Part shown: positions 14,287 through 29,472 of the stretch, one piece after another | Layout: each line of letters starts with the position of its first letter | Numbering within the stretch: position 1 is the stretch's first letter | Assembly (NCBI GenBank): GCA_964016885.1 | Contig: OZ024741.1 | Span: 349,122,001-349,186,000, forward strand | Length of the DNA stretch: 64,000 nt | From: Eledone cirrhosa | Lineage: Eukaryota | Reading direction: 5' to 3' | Notes under the pieces: generated by a model | What the model saw: only the letters and a program-made list of their open reading frames with translations | Databases searched by the model: none | Told to the model about the DNA's origin: nothing | Position numbers and translations under genes: made by a program

Positions 14287-15108
14287 CTAAATGATAATAA
14301 AAGAGAAATAGAATGAGTGATATGGCGTCCATTTTTAACGTTTAGTGTTCGTTGAAGTAAGCAAAATCTATCAAAATGCGAGCTGGCAACATTACAGGAG
14401 ACCTGGTCAGTATGCTTGCAAACGCATACACCGGTTGATTATCACAGATGTACATCTGTCTCTTTATCACTTCTCCTATCAGGCCCGTATCTGTTATCGT
14501 TGTACACATCTGTTTCTGACTAGGAGCCTTCATTGAGCCAGACAAATAGACACGCACACATACACACGAATACACACACACATGAATACACTCACACAAA
14601 ATCACTCACACACACAATCAACCACATATTTGTGTTTGTATAGATACGCACATATACACACACATACACAGCAGACACGTTCGTGCGTAGACATATTCAG
14701 ACATGCTGATATAGGCACAAGTAATATACATTTACGCCCAAGCATATATATACTTATATACAAGCATACTCAAACATATACAGGCGGGCACACATTCTCA
14801 TACAAACAGGCCAAGTGAAGCTCGTGCGCACATGCACATAAACAAACGTAACCAAATACATATACAAAAATGCATTCAGAAATGAAGATATATTTATACC
14901 CAGAAAATTATATGGAATAAAAGATATAGATAAACAGACAAAAACCAGGCTATCGGCAAGATAGAACCATATATACATAGACACAGTCATATACCGATAT
15001 TAGCTGCTACAAACCTATGCAGATTTATGTTGATATATTAACAAACATATACACATGTAAAGAACTATATGGACACACTCACACACACTCACACATATAT
15101 ATATATGT

Positions 15109-15668
15109 GCTCGGTTAATTTATCGTGATATTTTGCTCCTTATAACAGTCTTTCCTCTCTCTCTGTTTGGTTGAGCACACTTCTCTGAGTGGTTTTGGGC
15201 TGTCCTTTCTAGCAGCTCGTCCCTCAGAAGCCACTGGTTCACTGCCCTAAACACGCTGTGACTCCTCTCTCCCACGTGTAGCTGGACGGTCGCTTTAAAT
15301 TCTCTTAGAGTTGTCTGAAATGTATAGCCTTACACACGCTGATGAACCATGGGCTATATCATTTCTGTCAACAACTTATTGGCATAACAGATCTCTTCGG
15401 ATTTGTACGTGTGTTATATAGTTATAGAGGTATGTATTTACACTTTAATTTATATTTTTAATTACCGTGTGTCTACTCTGCCTTTCATAGGTTATAGATT
15501 CCATACACTGGTTGTTTTTCCATGTTTTATTGATGGCGCACTATCTCTCTCTAGAGTGTTACCTTTTCAACATATTGTATTTTAAAGAGCTCAGGATTCC
15601 TTCTCCTTTGAACACATTATTGACAGGGAATAGCGAGAGTCTATGGCTCCGTTAATTTATCGTGATAT
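15109..15668 (+). repeat. About 560-bp unit bounded by 22-bp direct repeats within (TA)n, with a degenerate hammerhead
   Basis: ctcggttaatttatcgtgatat and ctccgttaatttatcgtgatat at the ends; cacacg-CTGATGA...gta-cgtgtg at 15333-15413 lacks an intact GAAA. Confidence 0.55.
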
Positions 15669-15676
15669 ATATATAT

Positions 15677-15784
15677 ATAGTTATGTAATAAACAACATAA
15701 GGCAATTATTTCATTTACCAGTGGTTTCTTAAGAAACCACTGGTAAATGGAATAATTGCCTTATGTTGTTTATTACATAACTAT
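15677..15784. repeat. 108-bp near-perfect palindrome with no spacer, at a (TA)n edge
   Basis: Centre ccagtggtttctt|aagaaaccactgg; one mismatch between the arms. Confidence 0.95.
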
Positions 15785-15845
15785 TAAGCTCTGTTACCTA
15801 CATAGAGCACTCTTTTTTCCTGGACTTTTCCGGCGGAGTTACTTC

Positions 15846-15950
<105 letters not shown>

Positions 15951-16005
15951 CATGTGTGTGTGTGTATGTTTGTGTGTGTGTGTGTGTGTGCGTGTGTGTG
16001 TGTGC

Positions 16006-16071
<66 letters not shown>

Positions 16072-16659
16072 ATATATATATATATATATATATGTATATA
16101 AAATTATACTGTAGTACTTCACTATTTTCATTGGTAAAATGAGTTAAGTTCGATGCACTTTACAGTACTCTGTTCTTCGGGATGAAAATAAAAGAACTGG
16201 ATGATTAAGGACAGTGCAGATAGCAGAGCATTTAAGATTCAAAATTTTAAGAAAACCAAGGATAGGAAATTATCATTTATTTATATATCTGTACGAACGT
16301 TTCAACGCGGCTTGAATATCCCAGCCATTTGCGGAGATTACCAGTTAAAAATTAACTCCATTATAGGTACTTTATCCTAAACACATCTCTTCGGGAATTA
16401 TATAAAACAAAATATTAATAAATTAATACTATAAGATAAATATCAAGAAAATTAGAGGATTCAAAGTAGGAAGCGTTTAGGCAGGCATTAAAATTTCAAG
16501 TGCAAATTTAGTGTAAGCAAGGTTTTCAAACATGCAAGTTCATAAATCTATAAATGTCATCATGGTATTTTCTACCTATGAGGCACTATACAATATAATC
16601 CGTAGAAAAGATAACCCCAACAATAAACATACAAAAAGTTACAACGATGTGTAAGACAT

Positions 16660-17262
16660 ACACATACATAATATGAAAGATTACTGCTGGAATGTTCGAG
16701 TCAAAACCCCAGTCAAATGCAAACACAACAGACCAGATATAATGATATGAGACAGGGAAAAGAAGGCATGCCCAGTAGTTGAAATTAGCTGCCCAGCAGA
16801 TGCCAATATAGTATTAGATTAGCGAAAAGGAGAACATCTATGCTGAATTAAGGAGGAATTTTCAGATACTCTACTCTGACTATACCTTCCGATATATACT
16901 TGTGGCCATTGCGGATCTGGCTTATGTTACTAACTGCTTCAAACCTTGAGCAGCTAGGCTTCACCGAAACAGAAAGTACACGACTAGTTAAGAAGTTACT
17001 AGGACAATCCATTAATAAAACTAAAAATATGTAAAACATTCCAAAAATTCACATGTATAAATACAAAACATATGCACGTATAGACATATAACTCAAAACA
17101 TACAGATCCTCACATACAATAACATTCAAACCTGCACACAAGCGCGTGCGCATGCAAAGATACCTAGATATTTACTAAGTTAATGTCTAAATTCCAATGA
17201 AAGAGTTAAAATGTTAAAAGCCGGCTCCCTCTCTCTCTCTATTGGTAAGAATTTATAAAATA
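16660..17262 (+). mobile_element. R4/Dong-like RLE non-LTR retrotransposon 3' fragment, old
   Basis: 'WNVRVKTPVKCKHNRPDIMI*DREKKAC..VEISCPAD..EKENIYAEL..KICKTF' forms a PD-(D/E)xK endonuclease C-terminus; 3'UTR ends in aataat. Confidence 0.75.
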
Positions 17263-17445
17263 ATTGTTTCTACTTTTGGCACAAGACCAGCAATTACCCC
17301 AGTGCATTACTAATGCTTTATTTTATCGATCCCGTAAGGATGAAAGACAAAGTTAACCTAGGCGAAATTTGAACGTAAAGGGCCATAACTCTATGTTGTA
17401 AAGCATGGTGTCTGACGCTCTACCGAGCCTGCTGCCAATCCAGCG
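17263..17445 (-). mobile_element. tRNA-like SINE, tail-to-tail with the RLE element's AAT end
   Basis: Family consensus; shares the 'aataat' junction with the preceding element. Confidence 0.85.
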
Positions 17446-17525
17446 AAACTAGAACATACGTACATACATACATACATACATACATACATACATACATACA
17501 TACATACATACATACATACATACAT

Positions 17526-17800
17526 GATGGCTTCCCCCTCGATATCGAGTATGGCCATGGCAGGATAAAACATTATTAATAATTATCAATTAAAGCTAGC
17601 GTGCAATGCCTGTGCACTTGGCCAATCCCACTCTCTGAGCGACAGTAGCTATAACCCGAAAAAAAGAAAAGATCAACATCATCGGTAACTACTGAGCCGC
17701 AGGTTTTATATCGGAGTCATCCCAGTTTCCTGAGTTGCCTTCTCCTAGAAGAATGCCCTGACAAGGGCTAGGGGTCCTTTATTCCCAGTGGTTTAACCGC
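17526..17800 (-). mobile_element. RTE-derived non-autonomous element (second family) with (TATG)n tail
   Basis: Minus strand 'cccttgtcagggcattcttctaggagaaggcaactc..gatataaaacctgcgg'; (TACA)n tract at about 17455-17525. Confidence 0.6.
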
Positions 17801-17834
17801 GCGGTACATGTGTATATATACATATTTATACACT

Positions 17835-18105
17835 TTTGGATGGAACAGTAAAAATATGTAAAACATTCCAAAAATGTTGCATGTAATAACTGCATATACA
17901 CATGTACAGATACTAAGCATATACATGCACACATACAACTCAAAACATACACATCCACACATACAATAACATCCATATCTACACATGCATGCATGCAGAT
18001 ATGCATATCTACCTAGTTGATGTTGTGTAAATTCCAATGAGAGAGTCTTGTGTCAATGTTAGAAACCGACTCTCTCTCTATTGGCAAAAATTTGTGAAAT
18101 TATAA
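17835..18105 (+). mobile_element. Second 3' fragment of the same RLE family as 16660-17262
   Basis: Shares 'aaaaatatgtaaaacattccaaaaat..aaattccaatga..ctctctctctattgg'. Confidence 0.65.
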
Positions 18106-20448
18106 AACCAGAAGAACATACATACATATATACAAACATACATACATACATACATATTATCAGATACATCAGTGGGAATTAACAAACGGGTGAAATAATA
18201 TTCAGTAACATATCAAAGATTAATGTTTTATTTCTGTTTCTTAGATCCAGGATGAAATTAGTACAGGTACAGTGTATCAAGTATTCGTGTTTTTATCATT
18301 GAGTTAAATACATTGAGATAAATTTTCATAGGCCTAGGCTTAATCATTATCGACTTATATCTTAAAATTACCTCGGATTTTATAAGTGATATTAGATTTT
18401 CAAATTATTATAAAAGAAAGTTCAATTGCGGCTAATTACCTGTGCATTAACCAATCAATTAAGATTTGTATTAATCATTAGCAAAATCATCGGTCCAGGT
18501 CTTAAAAATCTTTGAAATATGTATATAACTTGCGGTGTGATATTGTGATATTAAACCAGCGTTGTTACCGGTGTTCTAGATTTTAGCACTTCATACCCAG
18601 ACAAGATTCTTTTACCTTCATGTATAATGAATTAAGTTTACATTAATGTACGAAACTCCAAGTCTCAAACCTCGATCTTCGATGAATTGAGCATATTTTG
18701 ACTAGTATTACCGCCGTTAACCTTATATTTTAAAAAACATTTGATTACTTCATATCCCTAACAATTCCCAGTCTCTAGGAAAAATCATCGCGTTATCTTG
18801 CACATTTTGTCTTTAAAATATTTTCTTGTTTTGCTTTGAGAAACAGTAAATTGTGTGTGTATCAGTGCTTATGCGTGCATGCATTACTAATTTTGTTCTC
18901 TAGCATCATAACATTAATATTATGTTCATAAATATGAAGACAATTTCTATAAGAAACCAATATCTGCATCTCCTTTTTGAACTCATTACTGTCATCAGCC
19001 CTTACATTATCAATGTTTCTGAAATCTTCAGTATCAAAACTGCCACAAACGACACTTCCATTACCATCCTCAACATTAACACTAAAACCACAACCAGTAC
19101 CAGCAGGCTTTTTCTACCTTAGTTGATGCTGATTGAATTACCAGGAACAAATTTTAAAATGTATAACAAGATATGGTCAACTAGTCAAAGGCTAATAATA
19201 GATATCTATTATACACTAATTCATGGTAATCACTTTGATAATAAAACATATTTAAGAAAACAAAGGAGTGAAATAAACACTTTTCAAATGCGAAACTTAA
19301 GTCTTCATGAAGTTGTTTTAATAGATTGAACCTATTTAGTGAATTACACTAACGAAGGTTATCAAAACATTAGCAATTTATTATTTTTTTAATCTCTCTT
19401 ATGATCATATGAGAAGAGGGTTGTGTTTTGCGCGTGTTAAATTATGTTTATGTATGTTTTATGTACAGAGAAGGAGAGATTGAATGTAAGTGTGAGTGCT
19501 TTGGTGGTGTGGTTAATATGTAAGTAGACTCGATAGGGTCTCTAGGGGCGTGACATGACCAGCGACCCCCAGCACGTCGAACAGCATATGTTCCGCTAAT
19601 CTGCTCAGAAATTCGGAAGTCAAGAGATTGATGGATTAAAAAACCATTTAAAGCTTGTAATAACTTTCCCCTCTGTCTACATACATTCAGTTACCTTGGT
19701 GGTGGTGGTGGTGGTGGTGGTGGTGGTGGTGGTGGTGGTGGTGGTGGTGGTGGTGGTGGTGGTGGTGGCGGTAGTGTTGGTGGTGAGGTCGATGGTGATG
19801 ACGGTGGGGAGATAGAATATGCGGAACTGGTGCAGAGAAGGAGTTCTCCAAGCTTCATGGAAACACTACATGTGAGAGAGTCTATGCGTGTAGATGTGCG
19901 TCTATGATTGTGCGTGTGCGTGGGTGGTGTATGTATGTGAGAGAGAGGGTGATTGTGTGTGTGTGTGTGACATACATATATATATATAATATCCAATAGT
20001 GAATTTGTTGTACAAACAAAAGCTCATGGTTTTTTATGATTTTAACAGCTTCGTTGGAGTCTGTCTGAGGTCCTTTGTAAATATCTTCAGTAAACTTCTA
20101 TCTGGAAATCTCTTAGTGTATGTATGGATAAACACTTTGCTGACTGGCAGACATTTTTCTTTTAAAAGTTGCAGTTGTTTAACGATCTAACAATTTTGTT
20201 AATCTAACACCCCAGTCTGGTTCTTTATTTATCGACCGCGAAAGGATTAATTGCGAAGTCTATTAATACAAAGTATGAATTTAGGGTGTGAAAAACTAGA
20301 AAATATACCGCAAGGCATTCTATCTGACACTCAAACGAATTAATTCATTGACTTCCTTAAAAGTACAATTCATATATAAGAAAATGAATCAGCCGATAAT
20401 GATCTACAATCGGAATGCTCGATATATATAGATATAGATATATATATA

Positions 20449-20483
<35 letters not shown>

Positions 20484-20572
20484 ATGAGTGTGTGTGTGTA
20501 TTTGTGAGTGTGTGTGAGAGTGTAGTATTGGTACTGAAACATAGCGGTATACACATATAGGTATGGGTTATA

Positions 20573-21706
<1,134 letters not shown>

Positions 21707-21794
21707 AAGTATTCTTATTATATATTCGATGTTATTTTCTTTTTAAACGTTTTAGTCTGGATGAAGAGTGTATGTTTATGACCTTCGCAAACAT

Positions 21795-21830
21795 AAAAAT
21801 TGGGCCAGTTTTTTTTTCTGAACCACCCTG
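21795..21830 (-). mobile_element. Isolated Tc1/mariner-type terminal inverted repeat
   Basis: Minus strand TA|CAGGGTGGTTCAGAAAAAAAAACTGGCCCAATTT; partner end not found. Confidence 0.45.
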
Positions 21831-22715
21831 TATGTATTTGTATGTAAGTAAGTATGTATATGTTTAGATTTGTACTATATAATATATGTTTATACAAAAA
21901 ATTACAAGATTGCTTCTTTATATTTCTTTGCCTTGAGATACCATCTACATTTTCTTCACGCCCAATCATACAGTTATAAACAAAGAATAACTCATTTAAC
22001 AATGCAACGTACTATATATATATTATAAGTATCTGGTAATAGTTGCAAGCTCTGGTAAAAGTTGAAAGCGTTAATTAATCTGTGCTGATTTAGAACTCAA
22101 CAACTTATAAGAATATAGCGAAAACCCAGGATACAAGGGGTGCAAATTCAATGAAAGCTACGGATATTAAAGTAAAATTTATCGGTGGTTTAGTTTTTGT
22201 TTAATCCCGGGACATCTTGGAATAGGTAAACATGTGATTAAAGATCATTTGATGGTAACTATGTGTCCGTTCCATTTATATAAACTCGCTTAACTGTCGA
22301 GATGTCATTTTGATTCTACCCTGAGCTGGTCGATATCAAAACAATTGTAATATGCCAATGAAATGACGGATGAGATAATAAAAGAGTCAGCTGTGCATCA
22401 CTGGATTATAGTGCCAAACGCCTGTACTACACTATTACCACTCATTCAGTGATTATTGTCTGGTGACGAAACTAAGCCAGTAATCACATCAACCGCAGGT
22501 TTTATTTCAAAGATTCCCTCTCTTAGAAGGATACTGTAACAACAGTTGAGGGTCCTTCACTCCAAGTGGATTTTCTTCTTTTCCCATCTGCGGCCACCTT
22601 ACACACATATGGACTGCAGCAGTTTGCTGACTTTCCATATTTTACGAATATGGAAAGAAAATGTTTGAATATTAGAAGGTTGATATATATATATATATGG
22701 GGTCTTGAATATTTT

Positions 22716-22875
<160 letters not shown>

Positions 22876-22933
22876 TATATGAACCAGTAAGACCCCGACA
22901 GCTGAGCTCAAGCCGTTTCGACGGCTAATTCTG

Positions 22934-23035
<102 letters not shown>

Positions 23036-23086
23036 TAAGAATAAAGGAACAAAAAATTAGTGTTGCATCATAACATATCTAATATC

Positions 23087-23174
23087 ATATTACATATGTT
23101 TCACTGTCGATCAGCTCGAGGAACGATCTATTATTGATCGAACCTGACTCTGGAATCGAAAGATCCTCAGATAT
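23087..23174 (-). ncRNA. Hammerhead ribozyme motif, imperfect
   Basis: Minus strand: atat-CTGAGGA-tctttcgat..atcgacagt-GAAA-catatg-TA-atat; palindromic ACATATGT; weak stem II base. Confidence 0.55.
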
Positions 23175-23210
23175 TCCTCCGTATGTAGGCTCTTCCCTGA
23201 TAGTGTGTAT

Positions 23211-23242
<32 letters not shown>

Positions 23243-23471
23243 CCGAAATAAATTTAATTTAATTAAATTTATTTCGGATATATAAACGGCTCCTTAATTG
23301 TAGAGCTAAATCGGTTGAAAGGATTCGGCTGCTATTTATAGCTGTCGATCACCCTATTCACGCCAATGGGAGGACGCTAGCATGTTGTTAGTAGCTTTAG
23401 AATTGCAACACGTGCGACGGGTCACTCGCAGATTTGCATTTGATGTGTAACACAGATAGTTATTTCTTCCC

Positions 23472-23554
23472 CCTTGCTGAAGATCCAACATTTGACTACT
23501 GTGACTTTACGGATTATTGGTGAAATATATTTCTTTAATGAAATATATACAAGG
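23472..23554 (+). ncRNA. Hammerhead ribozyme motif with a full 9-bp stem III
   Basis: ccttg-CTGAAGA-tccaa..ttggt-GAA-atatatttc-tttaat-gaaatatat-A-caagg. Confidence 0.65.
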
Positions 23555-23711
23555 AGGATTAATCATTTTTAAAAGGTAATATTTGAAGCTCTAGTTAAAC
23601 TTTAATTAGTTACCTACCTATCTATGTGTGATTACACACTTTACAAATTATCCCCTGTGATTGTTTCATGTGTTTATTTTAAATATATATATATGTCAAT
23701 CAATTTCTAGT

Positions 23712-23796
<85 letters not shown>

Positions 23797-23810
23797 AATA
23801 TATATATATT

Positions 23811-23849
<39 letters not shown>

Positions 23850-24443
23850 AGAGTGATAGGAGAGAGAGGGGTGTATAAACAGAACAATATTGTGCGTGTA
23901 CGTGGCTGTGTGTGCGTTTATTTGCTTTCGTTCCATGCCTATTCGTGGAATTATGTACAGATATACAGATACGTTTTCGAGATTTAATTTCCCCAAAAGG
24001 GAATCGGCTGTCTCGTTAGTATTTTTAACACATCACATCAAATGATCAATCTAACAGACCAAAATCAAAGAAAACAGCAACCACAAAACATTATATTCCG
24101 AATTGAATATAATATATAAATAAATAATATTCAGATAAATGGAATACATGAAAAAAAAGGGGCGGAAACGAAAAGTTAAATTATAAATATCTAGTCATCG
24201 AAATATATTATTCCTTTCATGATAATGGTATACAAAATTAGGCTATTATATCTTTTGTTAAAAACAACATTTAACGGTGAGGGTCGAATGTATAAAGTTG
24301 AATCACATATTACAAAGATATGCGGACTAACTGTATATTATTGTTTGTGTGTTTTGTTGGTGTTGTTATTCTTTTTGTCCGATATAGACAAAAAGAACTT
24401 TTGTTCTGATAGCCTCTCTTTGTTAGGATATAATGACTTCTAA

Positions 24444-24681
<238 letters not shown>

Positions 24682-24799
24682 CTAGCTGAGGTACCCGGCT
24701 TCGCTCGGGAGAACAGTTAAAGGAAGATGGATAAAAGAGTAGACCATTGTAGTGGATGTGTTGTCTAGTTTACAATAAGAGGTTGTGTGTGTGTGTGTA

Positions 24800-24898
<99 letters not shown>

Positions 24899-25904
24899 AG
24901 AGAGAAAATCATTAAAACTTCCTCCTTAGGCTGGGGGAGTAAACTGTCGATTAAATGGTAGCATTGGCTTGGGATTTAAATATTGTGAAATAACCATAGT
25001 CAGTTTGATCTTTTTCAGCTCCAAAGGACATCATCTGAAACGCAGTATACTGCATAACATTACTTCTGAAGTGCTTTGCTTCGTTAGTACGGTCTGTAAG
25101 CAGTATATAGATAAAAGCTGGAGGGTCTATCAGTGGAAGTCTGACCTTTCCTCTTAAGCAACACATGCCCAGTGTAATATCCATGCTACCAATCGCGACT
25201 TTAGGATCGTTTCTATAATTCTTCGATGGATCATATGAAAACGTAGCTCTTAGCCAGTTTATTCTGCCTTGAAGTATCCTTCTTGCTCGTCGAGTTTGCA
25301 TCGGAACTCTCATTGCCTCTTGGTGATTTTCATAATGAACCTCCATTTGTTGCGATAGTTTTTCTTCTTACCTTAATTTTTTTGTTTCCTCTCTCAGGTT
25401 CTGTACACTTTCAGAAAGTTGCGATTGTCTCTCTTGTAGTCTTAACCTTTCTGTTTCCCGTCTCATACTCTGCTGAATGTCACAATGTTGACTTGTTCCT
25501 TTATTCCCAAGTCTTTTTTATATTGTTCGTCAGTTTCTCTATCGCTTGAAGAGTTCAACCGTTTGGCGGACATAGTAACTCCCCCGATAGATGAGCGGTG
25601 TTTTGGTGATATGATGAAATTAATTTTCTTGGAAAATATCATGAAAAATAAAACAATACAAAACAATATTAAAACAAAAATAGAAATAAATGCAAATAGC
25701 AGCCTTAGAGAATAGGTTGACATTCTGTGATCTGTATTAGTTCAATAATAACATGACACTATCCTCAAAAAGATAAATTAATATACATCGTAGATTAATT
25801 TCAAATAGTATCAATTTTATCTCTGTTCTGTAAAATCAAAGACTGGTGTAAAACGACTTTATAAAAGCTAACGCAATATTGTTAAACATTCAACTGATAT
25901 TCCC

Positions 25905-25990
<86 letters not shown>

Positions 25991-26036
25991 ATCTAACACT
26001 TTAATTGTAGTTCTTTCTGTATAATGGCTTATCTCT

Positions 26037-26074
<38 letters not shown>

Positions 26075-26164
26075 AGATGTATGTATGTGTGTGTGTATGT
26101 GTGTAGTTTTCGCGTGATTAAACCAACCGACCAATAAATATCTCTCTTTCATATTATATATAGA
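24682..26164 (-). mobile_element. Internally deleted Helitron with both termini and RepHel N-terminal remnants
   Basis: 5' A|TCTATATATAATATG at 26164; 3' hairpin cccgagcgaagccggg then CTAG|T at 24682. ORF 24951-25346 'YDP..IGSM..GMCC..GKVRLP..KHF..Y..FQM.SFGA..FK' matches RepHel. Confidence 0.88.
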
Positions 26165-26439
26165 TGTACATATGTCTGTGTGTGTGTATGTGTGTAGTAT
26201 TAAAGGAAATCATAAATGTTCAGAGAAAAGGCTCCAACACTACAACACTGACACTGATGATGAAACTGTAAAATTCAAAAAATTTTAATTTGACTATACA
26301 TAATATTTGGGAGCTTTCTCCCAGACAAGATGAAAATGAGATTATACGAGAAAACCCTGATAAAAAAGTTAAAATGCAAACATATTACACATGTCGTAAA
26401 TAAAATCTGTTACTTATATATACAGTCAATGGGTCAAAG

Positions 26440-26990
26440 AGTTGGACCCTAGCTACTCTCATGTAGTGATAATCCATAAACTATAATACATTTCCTGATT
26501 TCATGTAAAGAAGCCCTTACCAATGGCACAGTGCCAGAAGATTTGACTCCGTCAATTTGGGGCCTGATGCAACCATAAATACAGCCCTAACATGTGTAAG
26601 AGAGACCAACAAGGAGTGGGGTGGATCGAAGATGTTACTAAGACATGAAGGTTTGCTCGAGCAAAACCTAATTAGACTAGGAAGGGATTGGGCAATATCT
26701 AGACGACGAATTATCCCGAAATCATCAGCAAGAAAAGACAAAACTATATATTGTCCTCTAGTTGGATTTAGGCGCCACAGTAATCCTGGTTGGGGTGACA
26801 GTCACCTACGAGAGTCCAATGGATTAACAACATGAGTACAAGATGGGTAAATACAAAGATCTTGCTAGAAAATTAACAAGATTGGAGTATCAATGAACAA
26901 TGAAGCCAGTGAAGTTCCGCACGAGACTTTATCATCTTTCGTGTACCAACTTCTGCGTCTGCTTGGAATTATATTGGATATAATTGTTTT
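26440..26990 (+). mobile_element. Degenerate HERO/NeSL-like RLE non-LTR 3' fragment
   Basis: Broken frames give 'LISCKEALT..', 'VILVGVTVTYE..HEYKMGKYKDL..PVKF..YQLLRLLGI'. Confidence 0.5.
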
Positions 26991-27589
26991 TATATATATA
27001 TTCGCAATTGCATGAGAGACAAATGAATCAAGGTGTTTATATGCTTTTACATTTATTTTGTTGCCCCTATCTCTATGCCTATATGCATATGTATTGTATT
27101 GTATTTTTCTTTCCTCGGCTCAGTCATGATGGAACAGATATAGGAAAAAAGGCGTTTCAGTTAATCTATTCAATATTTTAAAGGGCATTGTTTAATACAT
27201 TATCCAATGGGTTCTTCATATTTTAAAGAGAGTAAGGCTTCATTTAGAGAATTATTGACTGCTATTTCAAGATGTTCGAACGACCACTTAGAACATCCCA
27301 CTATCACGTGCTTTGAAAATGTGTATGTGTGCATGTATCGGTGTATACATTTATGCTTGTCTATATATGTGTGTGCATTTCGATGTATGTCTAAGTGATT
27401 GTCTGTTTGAATTCGACCGTTAAACGCTTCTTTCTTTGAATGGGGTAGGAGGAACTTCACGGAGTCTACACACTGAAAGAAAACATTAACCAACATGCGC
27501 CGTTCCAGCAAATACACTTCGCTTAGGCTAAACGCCAAACACAGAAGGAGAACAACAATAAGTCATAGAAATAGCAACAACAATCATAG

Positions 27590-27755
27590 GTTTTAATTTT
27601 GGCAGAAAGCCCCACATTTTATAAGAAAGGGCATAGAATCGATTAAATTACATCAAATAGTTCACTGGTACTTTATTTTACCGAACCCGGTAGGAAAAAT
27701 GTCAAAGTCAACAGCTTTTGAATTCAGAACAAAAAGAAACGAAACTAAATACAGC
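27590..27755 (-). mobile_element. tRNA-like SINE, diverged
   Basis: 'actggtactttattttaccgaacccggtagga..caaagtcaac..tttgaattcagaac'. Confidence 0.6.
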
Positions 27756-28285
27756 TGAGGGCAAATGCTTTAGGTTGGTTATAATTCAATAATCCCTACG
27801 TTTAGAACATAATTGGCCTTACAATTGGCATAGTAGAACACATTTTAGGCTGGGGAGCTCTAAAATAACCGGAAAATATTCTTTGATTTTAGTTGTTGTG
27901 TTTAAAAATCAGATCCTGTTCGATTTGATCTTATTGGAGTTATCTCTCTTGTTTTTGTTATTTTGGTTTGGTTTGGGGGTTTGTTTTTCAGATTTTAAAC
28001 ATCACCAGAGAATTGCTGTCTTATAATTGTTTGAATAACCTCAGACGATGGGGGTTTTCAGCTGATTATAATCAGTATGTGAAACTCTAGAATGCGCGTA
28101 TTTGTGTATATAGTTATTGTGTCATGTATATTATCGATATTCATAATTAACCTCACTACATACATTCTTATATAAAGATAATAATAGTAATAACAATAGT
28201 AATAATAAATGTGAAGACTAAAACCCGAAGAGTGCTCGATAAGGATTATATATATATATAATATATAAACCCGTAGAGCAAATAT

Positions 28286-28422
28286 TTATTATAAGAACAG
28301 ATTAAAGTTTAAGCAAAGAATCGCTGCTTCCAACCTTAACGGGATCTTCTGAAACTCAGAAGATCCCGTTAAGAGTGAAAGCAGCGATTCTTTGCTTAAA
28401 CTTTAATCTGTTCTTATAATAA
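28286..28422. repeat. Palindrome (about 66-bp arms, about 4-nt loop); a third copy of the arm lies at 29058-29130
   Basis: ttattataagaacag..gggatcttctga-aac-tcagaagatccc..ctgttcttataataa. Confidence 0.92.
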
Positions 28423-28429
28423 AAAAAGA

Positions 28430-29037
<608 letters not shown>

Positions 29038-29472
29038 GTGTGTGTGTTTATGTTTATTTATTATAAGAACAGATTAAAGTTTAAGCAAAGAATCGCTGCT
29101 TTCACCCTTAACGGGATCTTCTGAAACTCCGTATTATTATTATTACTATATATATATACATATATAGATATATAAATTATAATAATAATAATAATAAGAA
29201 GAAGAAGAATATTAATAATAATAATAATGTTTTCTTTATTAACCACAAGGGTTTACATAAAGTAGACATTAAGGACAGTACAGGACAATACAGGACGGTA
29301 CAAATGGGCATTTCTGCGTGTAAAAAAAACAGAGGATGAAATAAAATAACAAAGAAAAATTCCCCAATAGGGGGGAGACTTCCGAGGGACATTTGTGGAG
29401 AAAGCCCATTAAAAGACCACAGTGGCCCTGACCACCAGGGCAAGTGCCCTCTCCCAGTTTTCCACCTTTAAT

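Noticed and set aside
18170-18900. Possible pogo/Tigger transposase remnant on the minus strand
   Set aside because: Only faint similarity, many stops and no TIRs identified.
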